From contig CM120643.1 of NCBI GenBank assembly GCA_051362555.1, positions 4,464,001 through 4,528,000 of the forward strand: 64,000 bases of DNA, in the 5' to 3' direction. Both the position numbers and the translations under genes were made by a program. This DNA is from Lingula anatina (Eukaryota; Animalia; Brachiopoda). Below, in pieces: positions 24,284-34,830 of the stretch. Under the pieces are notes generated by a model. That model saw nothing but the letters and a program-made list of their open reading frames with translations, did not search any database and was not told where the DNA came from. The number at the start of each line of letters is the position of its first letter. The first letter of the stretch is position 1.

Positions 24284-25550
24284 GGTCAGAGATGTATTAT
24301 ATCAAGAATGGTGTAAGGAGGCTAGTAGTGTTTAATGATGAGAAAAAGAAAAAAAAAAATTCGCGAATGTCATGATTCCCCTATGGGAAGCCATTTTGGC
24401 CAGCAGACCCTGAGGACCCTGCTGCCCCTGTCTGGCACTTTGGGTTAACAAATGAATTGACTGCCTTAGTAGAAAAGTCTCAAGAGAGAGCTCTTAAGAT
24501 AATTTACCCTGAACTTGAATATGATGCTGCTTGTGAACATAGTAAACTTGAACTACTTAGTGAAAGATGCATCAATGCATGCAAAAAATTGTTTATTAGT
24601 ATATCAAATGAACCGGATCATAGACTGTATTATCTTTTGCAACCAAAACAAAATGCCAAATATTCATTGAGGGAACAGGAAACTTTTAAAGACCTAAAAT
24701 TAAAACCAAAAGATCAATGAGTGACTTTTTAACAAGTGCCATATACAAGTTTCAGAATTAACTGATAGACTTTTATTCCTTTTTTTAACCTTGCATTTTA
24801 GACATTTTGTTTTAAATTTGCTTACATATGTCTTTTAATATTCTTTTGTTCTTACTTACTAATGGTTTTATCCGACTGTGATGCAATGATTGTAATTATC
24901 CAACCCTCGGGTTGCAAGTTTGGTAATAATAATAATAATAATAATTAGGTAAAAAAAAAAAGAAAATTGAGAGCTGCTTCTATTGGAGAAGCATGGTTAC
25001 TTGTATCAACAAATGGGTATGTAGCAACTGTAGATGGAACTTTATAAAAGTAGTTGTATTGATGAATTTTTGGGTAACTTTTTTAGACCTTGGTTTTGTT
25101 TGGAAAGGGAAAGTATGAGATGGATTTGTAACAAGAAAATCGTAATACCTATAAAGTGGACATGTTGGGTGAAAAAAATGCTTAGGCAAATAAACAAAGT
25201 TTTGTTTATTTATCAGTTTTGTGTAAATTAAACTTAGTATTAAACTGTCCATCTGTCATCTGTCCACAGCTGACATAAAGTAACGGATTTTGTTTCTATT
25301 TGGTTGGTTGAATCTAAGATCTAATATATACCTGTTTATTAGATCTTAGGTTGAATAGAATGATTGGCTTGTTGTTTTGTGAAAAACTTCCCTAACAAGC
25401 TGTCAAACGAGATTAATAAGTGCACTGTGGCCAGCATGAGCTACTACATCATTCCTTGTAATAGATATGCATTTTATTGCATTTTGCAGATCAAGATGTG
25501 TGACAAATGCCAGTACATGGAGAAGATCAGAACACAGGTACCAGTGTTGC
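24284..25550 (+). mobile_element. Ginger/GIN1-like integrase N-terminal HHCC region, split by an intron and a LINE
   Basis: Exon from 24284: MYYIKNGVRRLVVFNDEKKK..IRECHDSPMGSHFG; [LINE]; KIESCFYWRSMVTCINKW; GT-AG intron 25017-25489; then IKMCDKCQYMEKIRTQVPVL. Confidence 0.8.
24404..24946 (+). mobile_element. 5'-truncated CR1/L2-group LINE 3' end
   Basis: AAPVWHFGL..EKSQERALKIIYP..HRLYYLL; 3'UTR hairpin CAACC-CTCG-GGTTG; (TAA)n tail. Confidence 0.85.
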
Positions 25551-25599
25551 CATGGAATTTGCTAGTGTTTTTCAGCGTAAATTTTAGTTTTTCTTAATA

Positions 25600-26130
25600 T
25601 ACTGACAGTCAATGAAAACGCGTCAGAAAACTTTTTTGTACTTTTTTACCGAGAATCGATTCCAACCATATAAATGAGTACGTATGCACTTGTTTGGTCA
25701 TAAGAGAGTGGGCTGACCACTTGGATGTTTAAAATTTCCGCTTCAGTGATTTTGGGATCAGCTGTTACAAAATCATGTGTTTTTCCTGTCTCGTGATTGG
25801 TGTGAATTAATCAGGTTCAATATATATGGTGATTAATTAAGCCTATTTAAGGTAGTCACCAGATCCAGTGTGACACATGACAAAAAGTTCTTTGATGCCA
25901 CGTCTGACACTGGAAAAGCGATTGCGGGCCCTGGGGATGCTAGAGGCTGGGCGGAACCAAAGAGATTTGATCACGTGACCTTGCATTTTAATGATCTTTT
26001 CTGACCTTTATTTCACCTTGTGTGACTGAATAATGGGTCATATTTCACACAAAAACTGTTATTTTCTTAATGTGCCAAAGGAACTTAAAATATTATTTGA
26101 TAAATGATGCGCTTTCATTGACTGTCAGTA
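25600..26130 (+). mobile_element. internally deleted Tc1-like transposon
   Basis: TIRs of about 25 bp (TACTGACAGTCAATGAAA..); TA TSD; transposase start MPRLTLEKRLRALGMLEAGRNQRD at 25895. Confidence 0.9.
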
Positions 26131-26134
26131 TATA

Positions 26135-28115
26135 TTGTCCAAAAACACTTTTCATTAGACACAGTCAACTGATCAGATAATCACGTATTTTAATTTTTGT
26201 TAAGCATCATTTGTACAAATTTCAGAAATATTGCATAAGATTTGTCAAAATTATTAACGTTTAACTATTTTATGTCATGGAATTTGTGTTTACAGTGTAA
26301 TTTTCAGATTTCTCAAATATATCATCCAAAGAAAATGCTTTTCATTAGATACAGTCAACTGATCAGCTTATCACAGATTTTTATTGTTGTTAAGCATCAT
26401 TTGTACAAATTTCAGAAATATTGGACTAGATTTGACAAAATTATTAAAGTTTAACTATTTTAAGTTATGGGATTTGCCAGTCTTTTCAATGTAATTTTCA
26501 GTTGTATTGTTCTTTTTCCAGAGTACCCTTTCCATGAAAAAGCAGGCAGTGAAAGACAGCACCAATAGCAGCACTATGTCTTATCCATGTGTACAATACA
26601 TGATATGTGGCAAGATTTAGGACATTGTCAAATATTGTGATAACAACAACCCATTCCAGAAACCCATTGTAAGGAGTAATCTGCATCTGGCATTGATAGT
26701 AAGGAGAAGTCTTGTATGGGTATATATTGTTTTCCAGATGACAGTTATAGGTAATTTGCAACCTTCTACACAAACAAACTCAAATCATCACATTTGCGGT
26801 TTTCTTTGAGAGTAAATAATACATTGCAATATTAAAATATTTGTTTTGGTTAATTTTTACTCTTCTGATTATCAATTTCCCAAAAACATGACACTTAAAA
26901 GACACAGACAACTGATCAGATTATGACAAATTTTTAATCTTCTTAAGCATCATTTGTACAAATTTCCGAAATATTGGACTAGATTTAAGAAAATTATTAA
27001 CATTTAAGTATTTTAAGTCATGAAATTTGCGTGTTTTGGGTGTAATTTTCTATTTTCTCAAATATATCGTCCAAAGAAAATACTTTTCATTAGACACAGT
27101 CATTTGATCAGCTTATCACAGATTTTTATTGTTGTTAAGCATCATTTGTACAAATTATAGAAATATTGGACAAGATTTGACAAAATAATTAACATTTAAC
27201 TATTTTAAGTCCTGGGATTTGCCAGTCTTTTCAATGTAAATTCCAGTTTTCCCAAATATGATGTCCCAAAGAAAATACTTTTCATTAGATACAGTCAACT
27301 GATCAGCTTATCACAGATTTTTATTATTCTTAAGCATCATTTGTACAGATTTCAGAAACATTGGACAAGGTTTGTCAAAAATATTAACGTTTAACTATTT
27401 TAAGTCCTGGGATTTGCCAGTCTTTTCAATGTAATTTTTCAGTTTTTTCAGTTATATTGTTCTTTTTCCAGAGTACCCTTACCATGAAAAGGCAGGCAGT
27501 GAAAGACAGCACCAAGAGCAGCACTATGTCTTATCCATGTGTACAATACATGATATGTGGCAAGATTTAGGACATTGTCAAATATTGTGATAACAGCAAC
27601 CCATTCCAGAAACCCATTGTAAGGAGTAATCTGCATCTGGCATTGATAGTAAGGAGAAGTGTTGTATGGGTATATATTGTTTTCCAGATAACAGTTATAG
27701 GTAATTTGCAACCTCCTACACAAACAACCTCAAATCATCACATTTGCTATTTTATTTTATAATCACATTGCAAAATTATTAACATTTAACTATTTTAAGT
27801 CATGAGATTTGCCAGTCTTTTCAATGTTATTTTCAGTTTTTGCAGTTTTATTGTTCTTTTTCCAGATTATCACAGATTTTTATTGATGTTAAGCATCATT
27901 TGTAAAAATTTCAGAAATATTGGAAAAGATTTGTCAAAAGTATTAATGTTTAACTATTTTAAGTTATGGAATTTGCCAGTGTTTTCAGTGTAATTTTCAG
28001 ATTTCTCAAATATATTGTACAAAGAAAATGCTTTTCATTAGACACAGACAACTGATCAGCTTATCACAGATTTTTATTGCTGTTATTGGACTAGATTTGA
28101 CAAAATTATTAACAT
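26135..28115. repeat. complex tandem array of ~180-bp AT-rich units with two copies of a ~290-bp exon-like block
   Basis: Recurrent TTAGA(C/T)ACAGTCAACTGATCAG..AAGCATCATTTGTACAAATTTCAGAAATATTGG; near-identical blocks at 26495-26795 and 27445-27745. Confidence 0.9.
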
Positions 28116-28252
28116 TTTTAACTAATTTTTTCACCTCTAAAGCCATACTTATATGTGCGAGAATACATTGGCCATCACACAAAATAAGTGGAAATTACAT
28201 TTGATGCTGTTTTCAAATGCCATTCAGTAAGATATTTTTATTTCTGTTGCAG

Positions 28253-28384
28253 ATATCAATGAATGTGAAGAGACTCCCTGGGTGTGCAGTCAGTTGTGTA
28301 AGAATACTGTGGGCTCTTTCCACTGTAAGTGTGTCCATGGCTACCTAGAGACAGCTGATGGGTGGACCTGCAAAAGAAGAGACA
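28253..28384 (+). pseudogene. LRP2: LRP2/megalin-like Ca-binding EGF exon (frame and splice sites intact, phase 1-1)
   Basis: AG|(D)[43 protein letters not shown]|GTAAGT resembles megalin [40 protein letters not shown]. Confidence 0.8.
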
Positions 28385-28888
28385 GTAAGTTGCAGGGTTT
28401 TTTCTTGATGGTAGTTTTTGTTATTATAATTTTACAGTTTGTTTTTCCAGTACTGAAGGTTATAACTGGAGTGTCACCCTTTTGAATCAAGGGGTTATAT
28501 TGACGACTAGTTAAGTTTCTGTTCATATCAGGCAAATCAATAGGTCTTGGATTTTTCAAAAAGATGCAATTGTGAGCCTTATAGTTTTGAATCAATTTCA
28601 AATATCCATTTTTATATTTATTCTGTTGTGATGAATTTATTTTAAAATACTCTTTTTACTTGTCTTTAAGTTAAGATATAATATATTCAGTTATTCTGCT
28701 TCTCATCTTTTAATAAACCATAAATTGGAAAAATTTTTTTGCTGAAATATATGATTATAGTAAATAGTTATTAATATTAGTAATTTCAGTTCAGTTCTGT
28801 GTTCATAAAGTTTAATTATGTAACAGATATAGTTAATGGTTATCAACCACCTATAGTGTTTTTCCAGTTCAGTTATATGTATACAGTT

Positions 28889-30574
28889 TTACTTCAGCTT
28901 TTGTTGTATGTCATCATTTATATCAAATTTATGCTTGTTTCCTTTCGAGTCCTGTGCGAACACTTTTCCATTAAAATACCAGGCTGATTCAACCTTTTTG
29001 TTGTTTTTTACTTACTTAATGAGCTCAGCGTTTAGTGGTGTGAGGTGGTCGTACATGTAGAATGCATCTTTCAGTGTCCTTTTATGTCTGATTATTTCCA
29101 CCTTTGACTCGTGGTTGACCATTCTGGCTATGTCTGGGCGTGCAGCACCATTTCGTCTGGGAATCCGATGTATGGCCAGGATGTTAGCTGGGTTCACATT
29201 CACGTTTGCTCGCTCCTTGAGGATCTTGCATAATTCAGATCTCAAGTCTTCTTTGGGGGATTCTGGCCAATCAAGGAACTTAATGTTATTTTTCTGACTA
29301 TACTGCTGATTAAAATTAGCCATTGATAGGCCAGCTGGGCCTGTCTGCAATAACTTTTCATCTTAATTGTCATTCATTTTTCTCAGTTCTGCTTCTTGTC
29401 TTACTAGTTTTTTAATCTTTTCTTTCAAAGGCACTCAACTTGGTCAGGTAGTCTTCAAGCTTTTTACTGATCTCACCTTTCTCTGCCTTCCATTTGTTGT
29501 TCCTCCTTCTAGCTGTTTGTTCTACGTCTGTGCGAAGGCGGTGTAGTTGTTGCTGTGTATATTCATCTTTCTTGGAGCTTTTTAGAATTTTCGAGGGCTG
29601 TTCGTGTTTGTGTCAATTCTTTGTTCATCTTTTCAATCTTGGAGGCAAGCTCGTCTCTTTCCCTGGTGGTGATTTCAAGGTCCTTTTGGAGCAGTCTTAG
29701 CTTGAGATCAAAGTTTTTTTTCATAGTGCTGTGGAATTTGGTGATAACACTGTTTTCAAAGTCACGTAGAGCTGGTTGAGTTAGGCCCTTCATCTTTGTG
29801 TTGAGGTGATGTCTGGGACCCTGAGGTGGTCATTTCAGACACAGTTTGGGAGTGCTGGTCGGTAGAATTTACAGTTACAGTCTGTGTTGCAATGTGCACA
29901 AAATTAGGTTTACTGCTTCCTTTTCTTGGCTGTGGGTGTTGACTGGTGTTGAATGAAACCAATGTTTGTGTGGCCTTGTTGATTTTGTTACATATCTATC
30001 TTGTTTGTTTATATTTGACCTTCGATTGAGGGCTTTTACAATCTCATTGTCAACTTTAACAAAACAGATACAAGTGAATTCATTGTTGATTGTGTAAGAA
30101 TAGATAATTGGTATGCTGGCAGTTCAGTGTATTGGTAGTGTAACCACAATTTACAGACATTGCATTGTATCATGTGTTCATCTTCTTCCGTATTACAAAG
30201 AGAGCAAGGGTAAGATATTGCGTCCATAGCGTCACTAGTAGGGTCTGCTCCCCCATCATCTAAAAAGGAGTGAACCTGATCCGATCTGGCTAATGTGACC
30301 AGGTCATCCTAGGTCTGATCTAGGGGATCAGACCTCCTCTCAAGTCTTAGGACTATTCGTGACGGCTAACGTTGGTATCTTCGTCCACAAACACTCAACC
30401 ATTGGTAATCCCGTAAGAGTCCAGAAATAGTGCTGCATTCTGTAGTGAGTTAAAGCTTTTATGGCAGGCCCCAGCAATTTTGGTAGTACTTTGTTGCGCC
30501 ATTGACCATTGCAGGAAGATTCCTATGTCTCTACCTGCTGCTACTGCATAGAATTTTTTATTATCCTACGGCAT
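28889..30574 (-). mobile_element. disrupted LINE ORF1: RNase H1 N-terminal (Cauli_VI-type) domain, PHD finger, coiled coil, L1-type RRM/CTD
   Basis: KKFYAVAAGRDIGIFLQW..HKSFNSLQNAALFL; YPCSLC..MIQCNVCKLWLH..ELPAYQL; QYSQKNNIKF..AIHRIP..DHLT; WYFNGKVF..QKLK*. Confidence 0.75.
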
Positions 30575-31079
30575 TGTGAACAACGAAGGTTGGCTAGGGT
30601 TCAAACAAAGACCAAGATGGCGTAGTAATGGCCAAAAGCACTTGTGATAGATGGGTAGCAAACACGTCAAATTTTACCTTCACATGTGGCATAAACACAA
30701 AAGTTTTTGTACTCACATAGTCCAGAGGGTCTAATATACCATATTATTGCTTCGTTTCCCCATCCACTCTCCTTAAACAGGAATTTAGAAGTACATTTCT
30801 AGAGAGCGTTAAAATTTTCCTTCTGATTGTTCATACATGGCGCATAATTTGTGTTATGTATTCTGTGATTGGCTATTGGTCGTCTCTGTTAAATCACCCG
30901 GACTTAACACACTTAGGGTTCTATTGTTATCAGCTTTCTATTGATAAGGACCAATGACACTGCTTGAAATTGTCACACCCCCACCCGTTTCCATTCCCTA
31001 CGATATAATTCCCTGGCGTTAATTAGTTCAGAATATACTATTAGGTAATTCTGATTAACTCAATTTTCTTTGTATTTGA

Positions 31080-31471
31080 ACATTTTAAAAAATTGACAGT
31101 TTAAGCGATACTGTTCAGAAAAAATTTTCTTCACATCTAAAGTGATACATATGTGTGAGAATTCATTGGCCATCACATAAAATCAAGTGCAAATTACATT
31201 TGATGCTGTTTTCAAATGCCATTCAGCAAAATATTTTTTATTTCTGTTGCAGATATCATTGAATATGAAGAGACTCTCTGTAAGTATTGCGATGGCAACC
31301 TAGAGACAGCTGATGGGTGGATTTGAAAAAGAAGAGACAGTAAGTAGCAGGTTTTTTTGTCTTGATGGTAGTACGTTTTGGTTATTGTAATTTTACTGTT
31401 TGTTTTTCCAGTACTGAAGGTTGCAACTCTAATGTCACCTTTTTTAATCAAGGGATTACATTGACGACTAC

Positions 31472-31520
<49 letters not shown>

Positions 31521-31740
31521 GCAAATCAATTGGTCTTTCAAAAAGATGCAATGTTAATTGTAAACCTTATAGTTTTGAATCAATTTCAAATATCCATTTT
31601 AAATTTAAATTAATTCTGCTGAGAAAAATTTATTTTGATTCGCTCTTATTACTTTTCTAATTACTTTTAAGTGAAGATATTCAGTTATTCTACTTCACAT
31701 CTTTTAATAAACCTTAAATTAGAAAAAATATTATTTTCAG
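31080..31740 (+). repeat. diverged duplicate of 28110-28745 containing a broken copy of the EGF exon (31253-31339)
   Basis: Colinear intron and exon similarity; the exon copy has an internal deletion, lost Cys residues and a TGA. Confidence 0.9.
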
Positions 31741-31805
31741 ATATTGAGCCTTTCATTGTCTTTACCAACCACCATTACATCAGGAAGCTGTCCCAAGATG
31801 GTCAG
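31741..31805 (+). pseudogene. LRP2: LRP2-like exon fragment, start of YWTD propeller
   Basis: AG|(N)IEPFIVFTNHHYIRKLSQDG resembles megalin [21 protein letters not shown]; truncated by a repeat. Confidence 0.75.
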
Positions 31806-31809
31806 CTAG

Positions 31810-32430
31810 TAATACATACCCATGTCACATTTATTCGGAATCAGCAGGAATCAAGAAGAATGAGCCTGAACGAAGAATTTTTTAAATTCGCACCACATTC
31901 AGGGAAAAATTTCAAATTGACCTTAATTATTGTAAGAGTACCATTGGAATACTCAGAATGCCCTTGAATTTGCCTGGAATGATTAGTGCACTTTCGACTG
32001 TATTAGCTCTCAAAAGCAGTTTGAATGTAGTTGGAAAACTAGGAATATTTATAATGCTGTCAGAAGGTAGTAAGAATATTTAGAAAATACTTTGAACGGC
32101 GCACTAGTGTAGTTCGATTGCTGGCAACATTATCATTTCAGCTCATCCGAGGCACATTCGAAACATTCTGGCAGGGTATAAAATCCCTGTCACACTAGAG
32201 GCGGAATGATTGAGAATGGCGTCTGAAATACAATTCTTTGTGCATTCCAGGATATTCGAAGAGCATTCTAAAAACATTCCAAAAATTCTGAGTGCATTCC
32301 AAATATTTCTACCCATTTTTGTGGCCAGCCTCGAATGTTTTTGTCATGTCAAGTGCATTCCAAGAGGAAATTTATCGAATGACATTTGAACAGTATTCTA
32401 ACTGCACTATGACTGCATTCTAAATATTCT
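31810..32430. mobile_element. CATTC/GAATG-rich Harbinger-like MITE fragments
   Basis: CCCTGTCACACT-type terminus at about 32184 and many CATTC/GAATG motifs. Confidence 0.45.
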
Positions 32431-32762
32431 AGAAGAAGGTCATGCATCCTCTGCAACAGATACAAAGTACTGAAAAAAATATTTAGTTTACATTATTTTT
32501 TGCCAAGAAATGTATAAAAGTCATGTATAAAAGTGAAAATATTTAATTTTGGATAAAATATATTCATTATGTGAATTTTGATTTTGTCATTTTATTTTTC
32601 AAGGATTTAACTAAAATAAGTGAAATTGAAAGAAATTAAAGTATTTTGTCCTAGCTTACAGAATGTAAGACATTGAGTGATTGCAATAGGATATTTCAAT
32701 TTAGGTTTGTCAGGATATCTGTGGATACCAAATTACATGGAAGCTGTGAGAAACATGCCTCT

Positions 32763-32764
<2 letters not shown>

Positions 32765-32825
<61 letters not shown>
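32765..32825. repeat. (TA)n microsatellite (another at 31477-31517)
   Basis: Direct inspection. Confidence 0.95.
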
Positions 32826-32826
<1 letters not shown>

Positions 32827-32886
32827 GACCAATAACTTTGTTGTTGTTATTATTTACATATTTACCTATCCCACATTGTATTTTAG

Positions 32887-32980
32887 GTCCAAACCTCTGT
32901 GGAGACAACAACAGTGGCTGATCTCACTTGTGCCTCATCACACCAGGGGGCGCTTGATTCAGGTTTGGCTGTGTCTCATG
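32887..32980 (+). pseudogene. LRP2: LRP2-like EGF pseudo-exon
   Basis: AG|PNLCGDNNSG*SHLCLITPGGA*F..|GTAAGT resembles megalin [23 protein letters not shown]; two stops. Confidence 0.75.
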
Positions 32981-33153
32981 GTAAGTTTCTTTTAACATTT
33001 TACATCTGAGTATATTCATCTTATGTCAGTCTTGGTTGTTCTTGTCAAATTGCTGTATGGTAATTTTATCATTGTAAATAAGTTCCTGTTACTTCTTTGT
33101 TGAATTATTTCCCTTCCTGATTTGAAACATTCCCAGTAAATGTGTTATTTCAG

Positions 33154-33244
33154 AAACAGCTGCCACTGTGGTCCCCATTATACTATGGTCATCCTATTAG
33201 TGGCCAATCATTATTATTGTGTGCCTATTTCTGCAAAGAAGAAG
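33154..33244 (+). pseudogene. transmembrane-segment pseudo-exon (LRP-like)
   Basis: AG|TAATVVPII/MVILLVA/IIIIVCLFLQRR|GTGAGA when two frameshifts are allowed. Confidence 0.6.
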
Positions 33245-33248
33245 GTGA

Positions 33249-33286
<38 letters not shown>

Positions 33287-33516
33287 AGAATTTTAGAAAA
33301 TATTTGTTAAGCCATTTTAGTTAATATCAAATGCATCAGACAAAATAAAGTATTCAGTTTCAAACAGTTTATTCTAAAAGGCACATTTGGTATAACCATT
33401 GCAGCAATTTCTTTAAAGATTCATTTTTTATTTATTGTAAGTCAAAATCCTATATTTTTGGTAATCATATCGAATGGTTCCCCTGCATATTGAAATAGTT
33501 GTTGCTATGATTTCAG

Positions 33517-33650
33517 TATGAGCAAGGCCCTGCATTCCAGTGGTGGGGGCGAGTTCAGACTGGGGCACCTGCAGGAACGATGGCTTTCCATGGAGGCAAT
33601 GTTGTGGACATCAGCACACCAGACTTTGGATATGACAGAAAACGATTACA
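33517..33650 (+). pseudogene. possible megalin cytoplasmic-tail pseudo-exon
   Basis: Acceptor TTTCAG; AGTMAFHGGNVVDISTPDFGYD weakly resembles the tail motif GVTFRSGADLNMDI. Confidence 0.35.
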
Positions 33651-34759
33651 ACACTGATGTTTTAGTCACTGATACAGATTTATGAGATCAAATTAAGATT
33701 TTTGAGCATTAAATTCTTGATGATCATTCCACAGATGAGGCAAAGCTCAGGGGGGAATATATCTCGCCCAAAGCAGAATAGACGTTGATACTTATGATGA
33801 AACTTTATTATGAAGTGATATATTAAACCCATATAAAATATATGTTCTTGTATGGGTGCAGTCTTTCAGCTCTGATGAAGAATTGGATTCCTGTTTACTA
33901 AATAATTCCAGATAAAATGTTACGCTATTAAAGAGTTGGTCCTCCTGTTTGAATATAGTGTTTGTGCTGAAGTTGCAATTTGCAGAAGCTTGAGCCCTCA
34001 TGCTTGCAAATAACCGAAAATATTCCTCAAAGAACTGTCGTACCAATATTTGGTTTATTTGTTGCTAATTTAACAATAAGAAATCAGTTAACAGATGTTT
34101 AAAATCTTGATTAATCTGTAGGCTTTACAGATTGCAAGAGGTAACCATGAGACTGTATTGTTACATAGTAGTTAGCACATATATTAACTGGATTAAGGGA
34201 CTGAATTAAAAGAAGTGCTAAGGCAAATACAACCAACAAAAAAGTTCTATGACAAGTATAATCTGACCCGTAATAATGATATTTTTGTTGTATTTAAAAA
34301 TGTGAGGGAGATGATACTGCTTAGTTAATGTAACAGCGGAGTTGAAATTAAGAATCCAGCTGAAAATCCAAAATAGCATTTTGCAGTTTGTTTTAATACA
34401 TTATCCTAGAAATGCATCTGTGTTGGCTTGCTTGGTGTACTCAACATTCCAAGAACTGTTGTCTTGGTTCAGAAAAGGGTAGAAGATAAATTTTAATTTT
34501 ACAATATACAAGACATAATAATGCTTTTTCCTTCTCGCTTTAAACTGTATGTCATGTGACATTTGTATAGACGTCTTCAGATGGAAATTTTATTAATGTT
34601 GTACAAATATAAAAGCTTTAAGAAGGCTGGAAGAAAATTTGTCCCACACCATTGCAACATTCACTTAAATATGATTTTTATTTTCAGCCATGTCTGTACA
34701 TTGCTGTCACCTATGCTATTTTCAATTCTTTGGCATGTTAACCGTCTCATTATTGAACT

Positions 34760-34830
34760 AATTACCTCCGCCAAAAAGGTTATGTTTTCACCCCTGTTTG
34801 TCTGTCATCCACATAACTCAAAAAACCATT
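34760..34830 (+). mobile_element. DINE-1/HINE (Helentron) 5' end fragment
   Basis: ATTACCTCCGCCAA.AAGGTTATGTTTTCACC..GTTTGTCTGTC signature. Confidence 0.65.

Noticed and set aside
32887-32980. Selenocysteine recoding (TGA at an EGF Cys position)
   Set aside because: A second TGA at a non-Cys position, other lost conserved residues and frameshifted neighbouring exons indicate decay; no SECIS was recognised.
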